Positions 1 through 12,900 of a DNA stretch of 64,000 nt are shown here, in pieces (the first letter of the stretch is position 1; each line of letters begins with the position of its first letter). Source of the stretch: Octopus sinensis (lineage: Eukaryota); NCBI RefSeq assembly GCF_006345805.1, contig NC_043007.1:71052001-71116000 (forward strand), given 5' to 3'. The position numbers and the translations under genes were made by a program. The notes under the pieces are model-generated. The model was not told the DNA's origin and did no database searches. It saw nothing but the letters and a program-made list of their open reading frames with translations.

Positions 1-958
1 CATTTTACTTTCAGCTCACTTCTTCAAAAGAATGGGAGACCACACTCTAAACTAATGCTTCTATTAGAGTTAATTTTTAATATTTAATTAAATATTTTTT
101 GAAATTGAATGATATGGTTTTAAATATCAATAAAGGCAATTTTAGAAATGATAACTGAAATATTAAATAATTGATTTATTTAAATAATCAAAGTATTAAG
201 TAATTAGTTATATTAAACCTGCTTCAAAGTGGAAATTGTCTGACAGAGACAGTTTATTAAAAACAAAATAATAGTTAGAACAATTAAAAAAAAATATGAA
301 ATGGGAAAAAATTTGAGTCTCAATTATTGTTGGATTGTCGTTCATGTTAAAACATGCATCGCATGCATGGAACTATAGTTATGGAAATGGTTGAAAGACA
401 CTCTTTGAATTCAGATAGAAGCAAAAATGCAATATTACAGCAGTCACACGCACAGACACATATACTCACACATGCATACATACACACACATAATATATGC
501 TCATGCACATACACATGTGGTAATCATTGTTAATGAAATTCATTTCAATAAATAATTGTTTAAATGTATGATTTTTGGTTCAAATGGTGGCTCGCAAAAC
601 CCAATCAACTATGTAAACTGAGGAACAACTGTATTTCATGCTCATTATCACCATCATCCTCAGTGTCATCGTCGTCATCATCATCATCATTCTCATCATC
701 ATCATCGTCGTCATTATCATCATTGTTGTCATCGTCGATGTCATCGTTATAAATTGTATGATTGTATGTGTATGTGAGTGTGAATGTGTATACATGCATG
801 CATGTGTATGCATACATATTTAATGCACATTTATATTTTTCATGTGTGTGTGTGTGTGTGTGTATCAGTAAATATTCATTTTCTGAAAATATTTTGGCAG
901 TGTCTTGTGTGAAAAGATTTTTGTTTTGCTTTGTTTTTGAGGATTTCTTGTAAGACCT

Positions 959-1103
959 TAGAAGACTTTACGATAGTGTAATTCCCCTAGAAGACCTTAT
1001 GACAGCGTTAATCCCTTAGAAGACCTTATGATAGAGTCAGTCCCCTAGAAGACCCTATGATAGAGTTAATCCCCTAGAAGACCTTATGACAAAATTAATC
1101 TCT
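959..1103. repeat. 29-bp minisatellite, 5 copies (TAGAAGACCTTATGATAGAGTTAATCCCC)
   Basis: Units start at 959, 988, 1017, 1046 and 1075; no spacers. Confidence 0.9.
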
Positions 1104-2530
1104 TATTTAGGATTAGCTCTTACTTCCCTAACTATGTCATATTTCAGTTCATTGTAGAACTGTGATACTCATTCTACGACGTAGTAGATGATTGTACAGT
1201 GTGACAGCCACTGGCCAGAGAGAAGGGCAATTCTACCAGTATATAACAGGGTCTCATCTTGGAGACTTATGAGAAACAGTTGGCAACTCAGTACAGTTTT
1301 TGGACCTTGTGCATCTACAGAATTGGAAAGAAAAGGTGATATTAGGGGTGAAGGTATAAATGAAAGAAGTTTGGAAAGCAGGAGATCAAAGCTTAGAATT
1401 TAAGTTCATAAAGAAAATGAAAATAGGATAGGGTGCCAGCTAAGGCAAACCAATATTAATGATGCTATTAATAAAAATTGCTAAACATTTCAGCTAAGAA
1501 ATCAATGAAAACTAATTCCTTCTGTTAATAAGGGTGATAGCAATGTTGAAATATTGTGTGTATATATGTACATATGTGTCATGTATATGCCTGTGCATAT
1601 ATGTTATGTATATGCATGTACATATTTATGTATGTTGTGTATATGTATGTGTATGTGTGCATGGTGTATCTTTATTCTGTGAATGTGTTTGACTTATTAT
1701 GAACACATAGTTGTTGTATACAGGAGACACAAACACACACACACACATGTCTCATATAACAGCATACAAACACACACACGTCTCACATAACATCATTTTG
1801 CATGCCCTACCCCCATCCTCTCTGCATCATCTGTTGCTATGATCATATGTTTCCAAGCATGTGTGAATCACATATATTCTTGTCGTCGATGTATTTATGA
1901 GTTAATATATGATGTATGATACAAATCAATACTTTGCTAAAACACTTCATCATAGATTTTTGTAAGAAACAATTAAATGTATTGTGCTCAACATATTCTG
2001 CAGAAGATGAAAAAAAATTAACGCAAGCAAATCAACTAAACACATCATATCAGCTGAATTGGAATATCTTTTGCCAACTTTACTAATATCAACAGAATTT
2101 TTGTTGCTTTTTGCACTTAAACATTCTGCAACTTTTCATCGAATGGTTTATTTTTCTGTATGTTTTTCAAGGCAGAAGAAATTTAGTTGGTTTCTTCAGA
2201 ATCTGCTACATGCGATAGCGTTAAGAATAGGTTTCAAGCTAGGAAGTTATATAAAAGTAGGCTATATCTATTTGATGGATTATCATAGCAACTAAGATGT
2301 AATTAACAAATTGTGACTAATGAAGATATCCTTCAACTATGCATAAGAAAAACTGCATCAATTATCACTATACCAATCTATATTAATCATATCTAGCATA
2401 AGGATCTAGCATAATAGATTAGATTTACTCCAGAATATTACTGGTATTAATTTCATCAACCTTCTAGACTGATAACTGTATTACTAATCGATTATAAGGA
2501 CTCCAGTATGTAACTGGTACTTAATATATT

Positions 2531-2733
2531 TTTTTCTACTCTAGGCACAAGGCCCAAAATTTGGGGGGGCGGAGGAGGTCAGTTGATTTGATTGACCCCA
2601 GTATGCAACTGGTACTTAATTTATCGACCCTGAAAGGATGAAGAGTAAAGTTGACCTCAGCAGAATTTGAACTCAGGTGAAACACTGCTAAGCATTTTGT
2701 CCAGTGTGCTAAGGATTCTGCCAGCTTGCTGCC
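2531..2733 (-). mobile_element. tRNA-derived SINE, family A (GGCGAGCTGGCAGAA head)
   Basis: Reverse-complement match to the + copies at 18377, 24928 and 54138; B-box GAGTTCAAATTC. Confidence 0.8.
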
Positions 2734-2737
2734 TTCA

Positions 2738-2768
2738 TAACAACAACAACAACAACAACAACAACAAA

Positions 2769-2817
<49 letters not shown>

Positions 2818-2830
2818 GCAACAATAATAA
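2738..2830. repeat. Compound (AAC)n(AAT)n microsatellite
   Basis: Directly visible. Confidence 0.95.
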
Positions 2831-4386
2831 TTTGCCCTTAACCACTTGAGCATGCTCCTTTGTGGCTGACAATATGTGCATCTCTGATGATGAGCAAGGG
2901 TAGTGGGAGAGCATCAAAGCCATGTTTTGAGAGGGATTCCTTAGGGTTTAATAAATGTAATAAAAGCAAAGTTTGAAGGAAATATTAGCCATTTTTCATA
3001 CTTTCTAGGGGTAAGCAAATAGGGAATAACATTTGTTATCCTAAGACAAAAATCATGTAAAACAGTGTCGTTGGTAAGATGTGTTGGTGATTTGAGAGAA
3101 TTGTTGCTATATTTTTATTTTGAATTATTTTAGATTATTTTAAAAACATAACATAAAAACACAAATCTAAAATCAGTAAAAAAATTTAGAATGGAGCCCT
3201 ACCTTAGCATCATACTCACATTCCTTAGATTAATAACAATTTCTTACTTTTACACAGAATCACACACTTAAGGAATCCTATTATAGCACTCATGTTTTTC
3301 TCAGAACATGAATTAAGTACAAAAATAAATATGGATGTAACCGGCCTTGGATTATTATTCCCATCTTTGGAAAAGTGAAGCTTTCCAGTGATTAATATGT
3401 GAAAATTGTTCCAGAGAAAAGTTACATATTTAGGGGTAAAAAGAATAAATGAAACGAAAAAAAATCCCATTAATTCTTAATAGTCTACAATCATTCTCTT
3501 CATTATTTATTATATGTCCCTGTCTTTGCTTATTCTGTTATTGCCAAAATAATATTCTCCATTCTTTTGAAGTTATCTCCTCCACCTACCTCATCCTACA
3601 CTTCCCACAGCCAATATCTTGTCCCTTCATTCGATCCTTTATTAAGCTTTTGATCTTGCATTGTTTCACTACTTCATAAAGCATCATCATCATCATCAAG
3701 CTCTAGATATTGGTTTTGAGTTTTGGTACAAGGCCAGCAATTTTGGGAGGGGACTAGTTGATTACATCAACCCCAGTCCTCACCTGGTTCTTATTTAATC
3801 AACCCTGAAAGAATGAAAGGTAAAGTTACTTCAACAGAATTTGAACTCCAAATGAAATGTTGCTAAGTATTTTGCTTGGCATGCTAATGGCTCTGCTTGT
3901 CTGCTACATTCATTAAGTTTTAGGTATTACCATGCAATCCTGTTGACTAAATGCTCTGATTTTATTTACTAGATTCCAGTAATTTTCTTCAGGCCCAAAC
4001 AAAGTTTAACTTTAAAATGCTGGCCAATAGAAGATTTAGTGACGTCGTTGTACTTTTGTGTGTCTTAGTGAACTGCCATTGCGAGAATTTCAGATTGTGA
4101 CCCAAAGACACTAGACTGTGGTTGCAATGGATACTCTTTGGTTTCTGGTACAACACTAAAAAGCAAAAACAAATTCTGGTGCTCTGTGACTGTATAGTTT
4201 TGGTTCACATGTCATACGTAGGTACCAGAGAGAGAGAGAGAGAGTACACCTTTGCCCTTTAAAGTAGAGATACTGTATAACAAACAAATGATGTTTTATA
4301 CTGTTCAATTCAGATCTGGGAGAATCTTGACATATCCAAGTACAAAGCAGAAGAAATTAGTAGTGGTATATGTTATCAAATTATAA

Positions 4387-4709
4387 ATAGGCATAGGAGT
4401 GGCTGTGTGGTAAGTAGCTTGCTTACAAACCACATGGTTCCAGGCTCAGTCCAACTGCATGGCACCTTGGGCAAGTGTCTTCTACTATAGCCTCGGGCTG
4501 ACCAAAGCCTTGTGAGTGGATTTGGTAAATGGAAACTGAAAGATGCCTGTCGTATACAGGTATATATGTGTATATGTTTGTGTGTTGGTGTTTGTCCCCC
4601 CCCAACATCGCTTGACAACTGATGCTGGTGTGTTTACATCCCCATAACTTAGCGTTTCAGCAAAAGAGACCGATAGAATAAGTACTAGGCTTACAAAGAA
4701 TAAGTCCTG
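4387..4709 (+). mobile_element. SINE family B (ATAGGCGCAGGAGTGGCTGTGTGGTAAG head), 3' truncated
   Basis: Matches the copies at 30197, 37118, 38308, 49182, 52452 and 60387. Confidence 0.85.
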
Positions 4710-4714
4710 TTCCG

Positions 4715-5030
4715 ATCAATGGAACAGCCTGCTCATGAAATTGCAAGTGGTTGAGCACTCTGCAGACATAGTTCTTGGGGAGATTCAGCATAACACTTTG
4801 TGTGACAGGGCTGGCTCTTTGAAATACAGCTACAACAGAAACAGGAAGAAAGAATGAGAGAAAGTTGTGGTGAAAGAGTACAGCAGGGTTCGCCACCATC
4901 TTCTGTCAGAGCCTCTTGGAGCTTCAGGTATTTTTGCTCAATAAACACTTACAAGGCTTGCTCTGGGAATCGAAACTGTGATCCCACAACTGCGAGTCCA
5001 CTGCCCTAACCACTGGACCATTGCACCTCC
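4715..5030 (-). mobile_element. tRNA-derived SINE family C (GGAGGTGCAATGGTCCAGTGGTTAGGG head)
   Basis: tRNA-like A/B boxes on the minus strand; related to the + copy at 32763. Confidence 0.75.
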
Positions 5031-6202
5031 ATTCACTGGATATATAGGTTAATTTCTTGTTTTTTAATCTTTTAGAACCATTTTTCATCTTATGCTTTTT
5101 CATTCAAGACATCTGTCTGAACTTTGATGAGTCAACAAGAATGCCTCTATGAGTCTTTGACTTGCTAGAAATAGTAACGAATCCAAAAGAAATCATACTT
5201 TTCTATCTTAAATAAAGGACACATTTGATAATGTAGTTCATGATATGCAATAAACAAGATGGTCATATCTGGAGAGCCTTTGTCTATTGACTAATCAATA
5301 ACTAAACAACATTACTACTAACTGTAAACACATTGTTTCCTTCAGTCAATATATAAAACAAAATATCGATCATCTAAGATTCTGCAATAATTGATTTCAG
5401 AATATCATTTATGTCTTGTAATTGGTGAACCAGGACATAATTGGGTACAAGATTCCAACAGACCAATCATTGGTTCATTGGATTCCTGATAGTGAATGGA
5501 GCAAGAGAGTGTGTCTTCAGTTTGCTGTATCATCTTTTTATCTCCTATCTTTTACTTGTTTCAATCATTAGACTGCAGCCATTCTGGAGCATTTCATTGA
5601 AGAAATTTTTTAGTCAAATGAATCGACCCCACTACAGTTTTTTTTTTAAAGCCTGGTACTCATTCTCTTGGTCTCTTTTGCTGAGCTGCTAGAATACGGA
5701 GGACATAAACACACCAACACTAGTTGTCAAGTGGTGGTGGCACACACACACACACACACGTACACACATGTACACACATGTACACACACATGATCGGCTA
5801 CTTTCACTTTCACTTACAAGGCTTTGGTTGACCTGAGGCTGTAGTAGAAGATGCTTGCCCAAGGTACCATGTAGTGGGACTAAGCTCAGAACCATGTGGT
5901 CAGGAAGTGAGCTTCTTACCACACAGCCATGCCTGGAATTTCATTCCTTATGTTCCAGCTTTGCATTTTCTATCTGTGTTGATAAACAATGGTCTCTCTC
6001 TCTCTCTCACACACACACGATGAACTTTTACAAAGTACCTGCTCCTGCAAATCCCTGTCCTAATGCATTGATCAACCTAAGGCAATGGTGAAAGATATTT
6101 TTTTCAGATGCCATACAATAGGATTGAACCTGAACACCCATTCTTGCAGAATGAACTTCTTAACCACAACACCATACCTGCATCAGAAAGCTAATTTTGA
6201 AG

Positions 6203-6597
6203 GGCAGCGAGCTGGCAGAAACGTTAGCACGCTGGGAAAATTACTTAACGGTATTTCATCTGCCGTTACGTTCTGAGTTCAAATTCCGATGAGGTTGACT
6301 TTGCCTTTCATCCTTTCGGGGTTGATTAAATAAGTACTAGTTACACACTGAGGTTGATATAATTGACTTCATCCGTTTGTGTGTCCTTGTTTGTCCCTTC
6401 TGTGTTTAGCCCCTTGTGGGTAGTAAGGAAATAGGTATTTCGTCTGTCTTTATGTTCTGAGTTCAAATTCCACCAAGGTTGACCTTTCCTTTCATCCTTT
6501 CAGGGTTGATAAATTAAGTACCAGTTGAGTACTGGGGTCGATCTAATCGACTGGTCCCCTCCCACAAAATTTCGGGCCTTGTGCCAAGAGTAGAAAA
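6203..6597 (+). mobile_element. SINE family A dimer with 15-bp target-site duplication
   Basis: GAAAGCTAAT(T/A)TTGA at 6186-6200 and 6598-6612 flanks two head-to-tail family-A units. Confidence 0.85.
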
Positions 6598-6610
6598 GAA
6601 AGCTAATATT

Positions 6611-6815
6611 GATTTCAAATTTTGGCTCAAGGCCAGCAATTCTGAGGATGGGATTAGTTAACTACATTGGTTCCAGTGCTCAGCTGGTATTTCTTTTATC
6701 AACATCAAAAAGGAGGAAGGCAAAGTTGACCTTGGTGGAATTTGAACTCAGAACGTAAAAACTGATGAAATGCCACTAAGCATTTTGCTCTTGTGTTCTA
6801 ATGATCACTGCCCTT
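6611..6815 (-). mobile_element. SINE family A variant, inverted relative to its neighbour
   Basis: Reverse-complement homology to 6436-6597; flanked by GAAAGCTAATATT at 6598-6610 and 6820-6832. Confidence 0.8.
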
Positions 6816-6949
6816 ATCAGAAAGCTAATATTACTTCCTTTAATCCACACTTTAATAAATAAATATTCTTTCCATAGAATCTTTGGGCTATCATGGTTAC
6901 TATTATGGTTAGTGTAGTATACCTGAGCTGTGATTGTTTCACTTATGTT

Positions 6950-7680
6950 TTATCTTTTACTTGTTTCGGTCATTAGACATTAAAGAATTTTTATTCAAAT
7001 GAACTGAACCTAGTACCTATTTTTTAAAGCCTGGTCTGTTTTACTGAACCACTAAGTTATGGGGATGTAAACACACCAACACTTGTTGTCAAGCAGCAGT
7101 TCAGAACAAACACAGACACAAAGACACATGCACACACACGCACACACATACACCTCATATACGTGTGTGTGTGTGTATATATATGGAAATTGTAATTATG
7201 ATACCTGTGCCACTAGCACATAAAAAGCACCAATCAAACGTGGCTAATGCCAGCGTCACCTGACTGGCGTCCGTTTTGGTGACACGTAAAAAGCACCAAC
7301 CAATCGTGGCTGTTTGGCAGCCTCCTCTGTCCCCTGTGCCGGTGGCACGTAAAAAGCACCCACTACACTCATGGAGTGGTTGGCGTTAGGAAGGGCATCC
7401 AGCCGTAGAAACTCTGCCAGATCAGACTGAGCCTGGCGCAGCCTCCTGGCTTCCCAGACCCCAGTCAAACTGTCCAACCCATGCTAGCATGGAAAACGGA
7501 TGTTAAACAATAATGATGATGATATATATACACAGAATGAACTTATTTCAGTTTCCATTTCCTAAATCACCTCACAAGGCTTTGTTTCACCCAAGACCAT
7601 AGTAGAAGACAGTGGGAATTAACCTTGAACCATATGGTTGGGAAGCAAACTTCTTCCCACACAGCCATGCTCATGCCTGT
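6950..7680 (-). mobile_element. SINE family B interrupted by a LINE-tail-like family E element (about 7186-7523, + strand)
   Basis: B tail at 6950-7140 and B head at 7535-7680 are separated by an element with CACGTAAAAAGCACC repeats and a (GAT)n tail. Confidence 0.75.
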
Positions 7681-8018
7681 ATGCAATCCAAATTTGTTTA
7701 GGAATGCAGGTTTTGTTTTTTATCTTTGTTTAAGCTTGTTACTTCTGAGAGTAAGTTAACACCAATAAGGAAGTTTATTCTGTAGAATAAAGTTTCTGCT
7801 CTATTCTAATGTCGACCCTACAGAGTAACATCTCTTATGTTCATACAATGAAGTCCATTCAATATATGTTTGTTGTTTACTTCTGTACAACAAGATCTGT
7901 CCTGTATGTAGAGTAAGAATATTTTTTTTTTCATTAAGTTGTTCAGGCAGAAGAGACTGTATCCATGGTCATTCCAGATCCTCAAAGGCTGGTCACTCCA
8001 ATATAGTTATCATTCCTT

Positions 8019-8502
8019 ATAACCCTTTAGCATTCAGATTACTCTGTCAAATATAAATATAAATAAATAAATGCGCCCTTTTAAAGCCTAGCCAGTTTCT
8101 ATGGCGTATGTTTTCCCCAGCTGGACGGGATGCCAGTCCATCACAGCATTACTCATTTTTGCCAGCTGAGTGAACTGGAGCAACGTGAAATGAAGTGTTT
8201 TGCTCAAGAACACAACACGTCGCCTGGTTCAGGAATCAAAACCACAATCTTACGCTCATGGTGCTGACACCCTAACCACTAAGCCATACGCCTCCACCTC
8301 TGTCAAATATAATGCTTATTTATTCATGTGGTTTTGAATTAGCCATACATTATCTCAAAGCTGTGAAATTTCAAAGATATAATTGTTTATTTTTAGGATG
8401 ACATTGTAGGATAGGTGTGAGAGGTTGGACATGGCCAGTCTGAACATAAAATATGCAGAATATTTTGGCCAAATATGGCCAGTTTAAATGCTTAAGGGTG
8501 AA
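8019..8502. mobile_element. piggyBac-type MITE (TTAA-CCCT...AGGG-TTAA, degenerate) with a nested SINE
   Basis: ATAACCCTTTAGCATT and AATGCTTAAGGGTGAA are imperfect terminal inverted repeats. Confidence 0.6.
8057..8297 (-). mobile_element. tRNA-derived SINE family D with 15-bp TSD
   Basis: CTCTGTCAAATATAA at 8042-8056 and 8298-8312. Minus-strand head GTGGAGGCGTATGGCTTAGTGGTTAGGG. Confidence 0.9.
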
Positions 8503-10039
8503 ACATTTCACAGTTACTGGCAAAGCATATATAATATATATAATGTAGGGTATATACTATAGTGTATATAATATAGTGTATATAACATAGTGTATATTAT
8601 ATATAACCTAAATACTATATTAAGTTAATATTTTAAGAAGAAGATTATTACTGTAAGAAAGACTGTTGTAAAGTGCCATCTGTCTGTAGTGTAAGGTATG
8701 CTGTTTACTAAGATCTCTCGTGTATAGCAGTGTTTAAACTTAGACTTGTTTGCTTATAACTATAATAGATCTACTGCATCTACTCAGATTTTAATCTCTC
8801 TAGTTATTTATTTATTCCTCTCCTTATATTATCATTTCCGCTGTCTGTACTTCTTCGATCTAACACCTGGCATCAATCAATAACTGATTTTCAGTTGTAT
8901 TTCTACACCAACTGAGGCAAACTGTCAAAAAAAAGAAAATAGTAGTGTCTTCTTATTTTGTATTTATAATGATACAACAGTATGTTTAACTTCCTCTACT
9001 CTTTAGATTCTTGTTATTTTCCAACATGCTAAATCTATCATCACTCACATTTGCTGTCATCGTTGCTGTCGTTGTCATCATAGTCACCGTCATCATAGTT
9101 GCCTTCGTTGTTGTCATTGACATTGCCGTCACTACCATTACTATCTCCACATTGCTGTCACCATTGTTGTTGCCATCAACTTTGTCGTTGTGTTTAAGGG
9201 CTGTAGATTGGCAGGAATGGTAGAGCATCACATAAAATGCCTTACACAATTTGTTCTTGTCTCTTTAATTTCAAATCCTGCCGGAGTCAACTTTGTCTTT
9301 TATCCTTCAAGAGTTGATAACTTGAACCAGTCAAAATCTGGGATCAATTTAACTGCCTTTTCCCCTCCCACTCTCCCTGAATTTCTGACCTTCTCCCTAT
9401 GTGAGAAATTTTAATTTTTTTATTAGATAGAGGCAATATTAAAATGTGTTTAATGAAGCTGAAAGTTGTTATTTAACCCTTGGTCAAGCCAGACTGTGTA
9501 GACCTGTGATTAAAGTTGTTTCAGCTATGATCATATGGTCTCTTTTCTTTAGGTTTAGTGTATATAAGATGACATCTGTATTTTCAGGCAATAAAGTGTG
9601 ATTCACAAGAGACTTGGCTGCTATTTCTACAATGTTGAGTGACCACATAGAAGCTTCCTTTGTAAGCTCATGTAGCTTAAAATAGAAATGCCATGTAATA
9701 TGGATATAATGGTAATAACCTCATGGTGTACTGGTACCTTTTGCATTTCCCTTGATATCAAAAGATAATACTAAAATTGGTAGGCAATTCTCCTCTGCCT
9801 TCTCTGATGTCTGTAGACTGTGCTCCAGCCAAGGCTCCACACATCCTATTTTTCTCTGGATTATAAATCTCTTGCACATTATATCTAATCCATCTCTACT
9901 CTCTGAAAGGTGGTGTCTGCATATCTCTAGATTTTATGCCCTCATTAGCAACTATACTCTTGTTCAAAGTCTCCTTCCCCTCCATTCATCTTGATATATG
10001 TGATTCCTCTACCATTCTACAAATTCTTTCTAATACCAA

Positions 10040-10130
10040 CAACACTTCAAGGACATTTATTGCCCTCACCCTTCTCTGAAGTCATTACTGTTCGTGACTT
10101 CAGAGCCCACAACTCTCTTTAGCTGTCATA
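10040..10130 (+). pseudogene. Highly decayed LINE APE-endonuclease relic
   Basis: 10081-10113 reads VITVRDFRAHN, resembling the APE motif (V/I)xxGDFNAHN. Short match only. Confidence 0.35.
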
Positions 10131-11544
10131 CTTACACATGCTGATGTTGTCTATGGCCTTCTCTCTGGCTCTCACCTCTTAGACTTCTTCACTTCATGTC
10201 AAATTACATCATCACAGTGTATAATATACCAAGGGAGCTGTTTTTCCGACACTCACTATATCAAGTTTTATGTGCTCTTAGTTCCAAAATTTAAAATGTT
10301 CTTCCTATCCATTTAAAATGTTCTTCCTATCTCCTTCAACAACAGCTAATCCTACTCCAGATGCTACCATACTTCATCCCTCCCTAACCTTATGCAGTCA
10401 AGTGTTATCCTCATGCAACCTCTACACCTCATACCAAATCTGCACCAATTCCATGAACAGTACCATAAAAAAAAAATCCTCCAATAGGATCTTGCTAATC
10501 TTGTCTCCTTCAGTACCATGAAGATTCAGTCATTGAACTTATCAAGGAAGCATTACAACACTCTACTGTTTAACATCAATGGTTGCTGCAAAGGCTGTCC
10601 ATTTGAGAGCCCAGTCACTCGGAAGTACTGGCAACCAGTCAATGGCTTTTTGAGTCCAACAAGACATCTTTGGTACTAGTACCACAATAAAACACCATAG
10701 TTCTCTTTTGTAGCTGGGGTATCCCAATATGCCACTCTATTCAACAATTCTATCTTTGGTAAAATTCATTCAGTCATAACTTGGTTTAAGGAATTAACTT
10801 TATTGCATTCAAGTAGTACTATTGTTTATCAGAATGTACAGATGGAATAAAAGTCTCTCTGTAAAAATCTTCCTTCTGGTTGATCAGGTGAGAAGTCTAA
10901 TCCTATGGATAATACCTTGTAAGACTGTTCTAGCAGTTGGTCCATGATACTATATTCTCTTTTTCCTAGTTTATGATTGGTATCCTACTTATGGCCAGAG
11001 ACATCTAGCTGGTCTACAGTCAATGGTTGAAGTAGGAGTTCACAGTTCCTGTGTTGCAATCATTTCTTCCCTCTTCTTTACTAAATTTATTTTATAAACA
11101 GCATAAGCTAAATTATGGCATCTAAGAAATCACCTGGACAGTTCTTCCTAATTTTTTCCCAACATTAACAGACTTTAACTTAAACTGGAAGTCATTCACT
11201 ACAACTTGTTAGTAAGTTTCATCTTCCCAAAACATCTTCTGAAATCGAACTTTATGGAATTCTTTCTTGCCCCCATTTCTCTACAATAATCAATTTGTAG
11301 ATATTCAAGTTAAATATAAACGCTTAATTTTGTTGGTCTCAAAAGTTAGAGGCACAGCCTGTTCTGATTATGTAAAAGAATTTTAAAAAAAGCGTCTGGC
11401 CTTGTCCTTGTGCAAAAAATCTCTTTTCCTCTTTGAAAAACATGATTTCTTTCACTGGTAAAAGGTTTGATGCATTTAGCATTATTTCCTCAGGGTCACA
11501 ACTTATCATCAATTTTCCAGCCCCATCTGGTAGTATATGAAGAT

Positions 11545-11770
11545 AGAGATATTGGTTTCAAATTTCAGCATGAGGCCAGCAAGTTCATGGGAGGGGATAA
11601 GTTGATTACATCGACCCCAGTGTTCAGCTGGTACTTCTTTATCAATTCCAGAAGGATGAAAGGCAAAGCTGACATCAGCAGAATTTGAACACAGAATGTA
11701 AAGACAGACAAAATACCACTAAACATTTTGCCTGGTGTGATAACGATTCTGCCAGCTCACTGCCTTATGA
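11545..11770 (-). mobile_element. SINE family A variant
   Basis: Homology to the other family-A copies. Confidence 0.75.
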
Positions 11771-12399
11771 AGGTAGAAATACTGCCAGACTGTTACTGAT
11801 AATGATAGGAAATAGGAAATGGGTTTTAAGAATTTGGTAATCTTCAGAAACTTGGTTCTACAGGAACAAAAATACTTGATGATATATGAAAAATTGAAGT
11901 GATTGCCACTCATATTTTTACCCCTTTTCAAAACCAACATCAATATTTTACTATGGCATCATCTCATGCCATTCGTTCTGTTATTTATTTATCTAGTTCC
12001 TCACCCCCATCCCTCACTTCTGTTCACCCATGTGAAAACATCTGATTTATTGATACTTCATTGGTTGAAGCAATGTTCAATAAAAGATTTCTCAAAATTT
12101 CTCTAATTAATTATTCCTATTCTTGTTTTCCCCTTTTCAATACTTGGTAAAGAAATTGGTTTATTCTTCTTGCTTGAGACTCTTTGATGATTCTATACAA
12201 GGTCTGGTGCTAAACACTTTCTTGCTGTCTTTATCACTTTAATTCTGGTTTCATTTTTATAAATAATAGTAAAACTGAACATTTAATGTTTTTTGTTGTG
12301 TTTTATGAGGGGATTCAACTCCCAAGGGGTTTATTTTGAGATTAGATATTATTGCTTTACATTTAATATATACCACATTATTCTATAGTGAAGAACTTT

Positions 12400-12900
12400 T
12401 TCTTCTACCCTTCCCCACTGGGTATCTCCCTCTTCATCACCTTGTTCCTCCAGCCCCTCCCTTTGTCTATCTCCTCCATACCTTCATCTATTCTTCCTCC
12501 TCTTCCTTCTTCCTTGTTTTCTTTATCATTACTTCACCCTCCACCCTTTCATATACCCCACCGCTGTCTCACTTCGAACTTGTCTTTCTTTTTCCTTCTC
12601 TACTCCCTTTCTGTCTTGACCGAGTTCTTCTTCCATTCTTCCCCTTTACTCTACGTTTTTCTTCATTTCCTTCCCCTGCCCTTCTCTCACTCTCCACCCA
12701 TTCTCCTTTATTCACCTTTTTTTTTAAATACTCTCCACCCTCTTTTAGCTTCTCTTTCCCATCTTCAGTTGTTGTCTCACCTCCACCTCCATGTCACCAA
12801 TATTCCTCATTACAAATTCATACTGTCACCTTCAGACTGTTTCATTAAGCATCTCTTCTGTTCATCTCTCTCTCTCTCCAACTTCTCTATGTGGTACTAT
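12400..12900. repeat. Pyrimidine-rich (CT) low-complexity tract
   Basis: Directly visible; it explains the 170-aa and 193-aa spurious ORFs. Confidence 0.8.
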
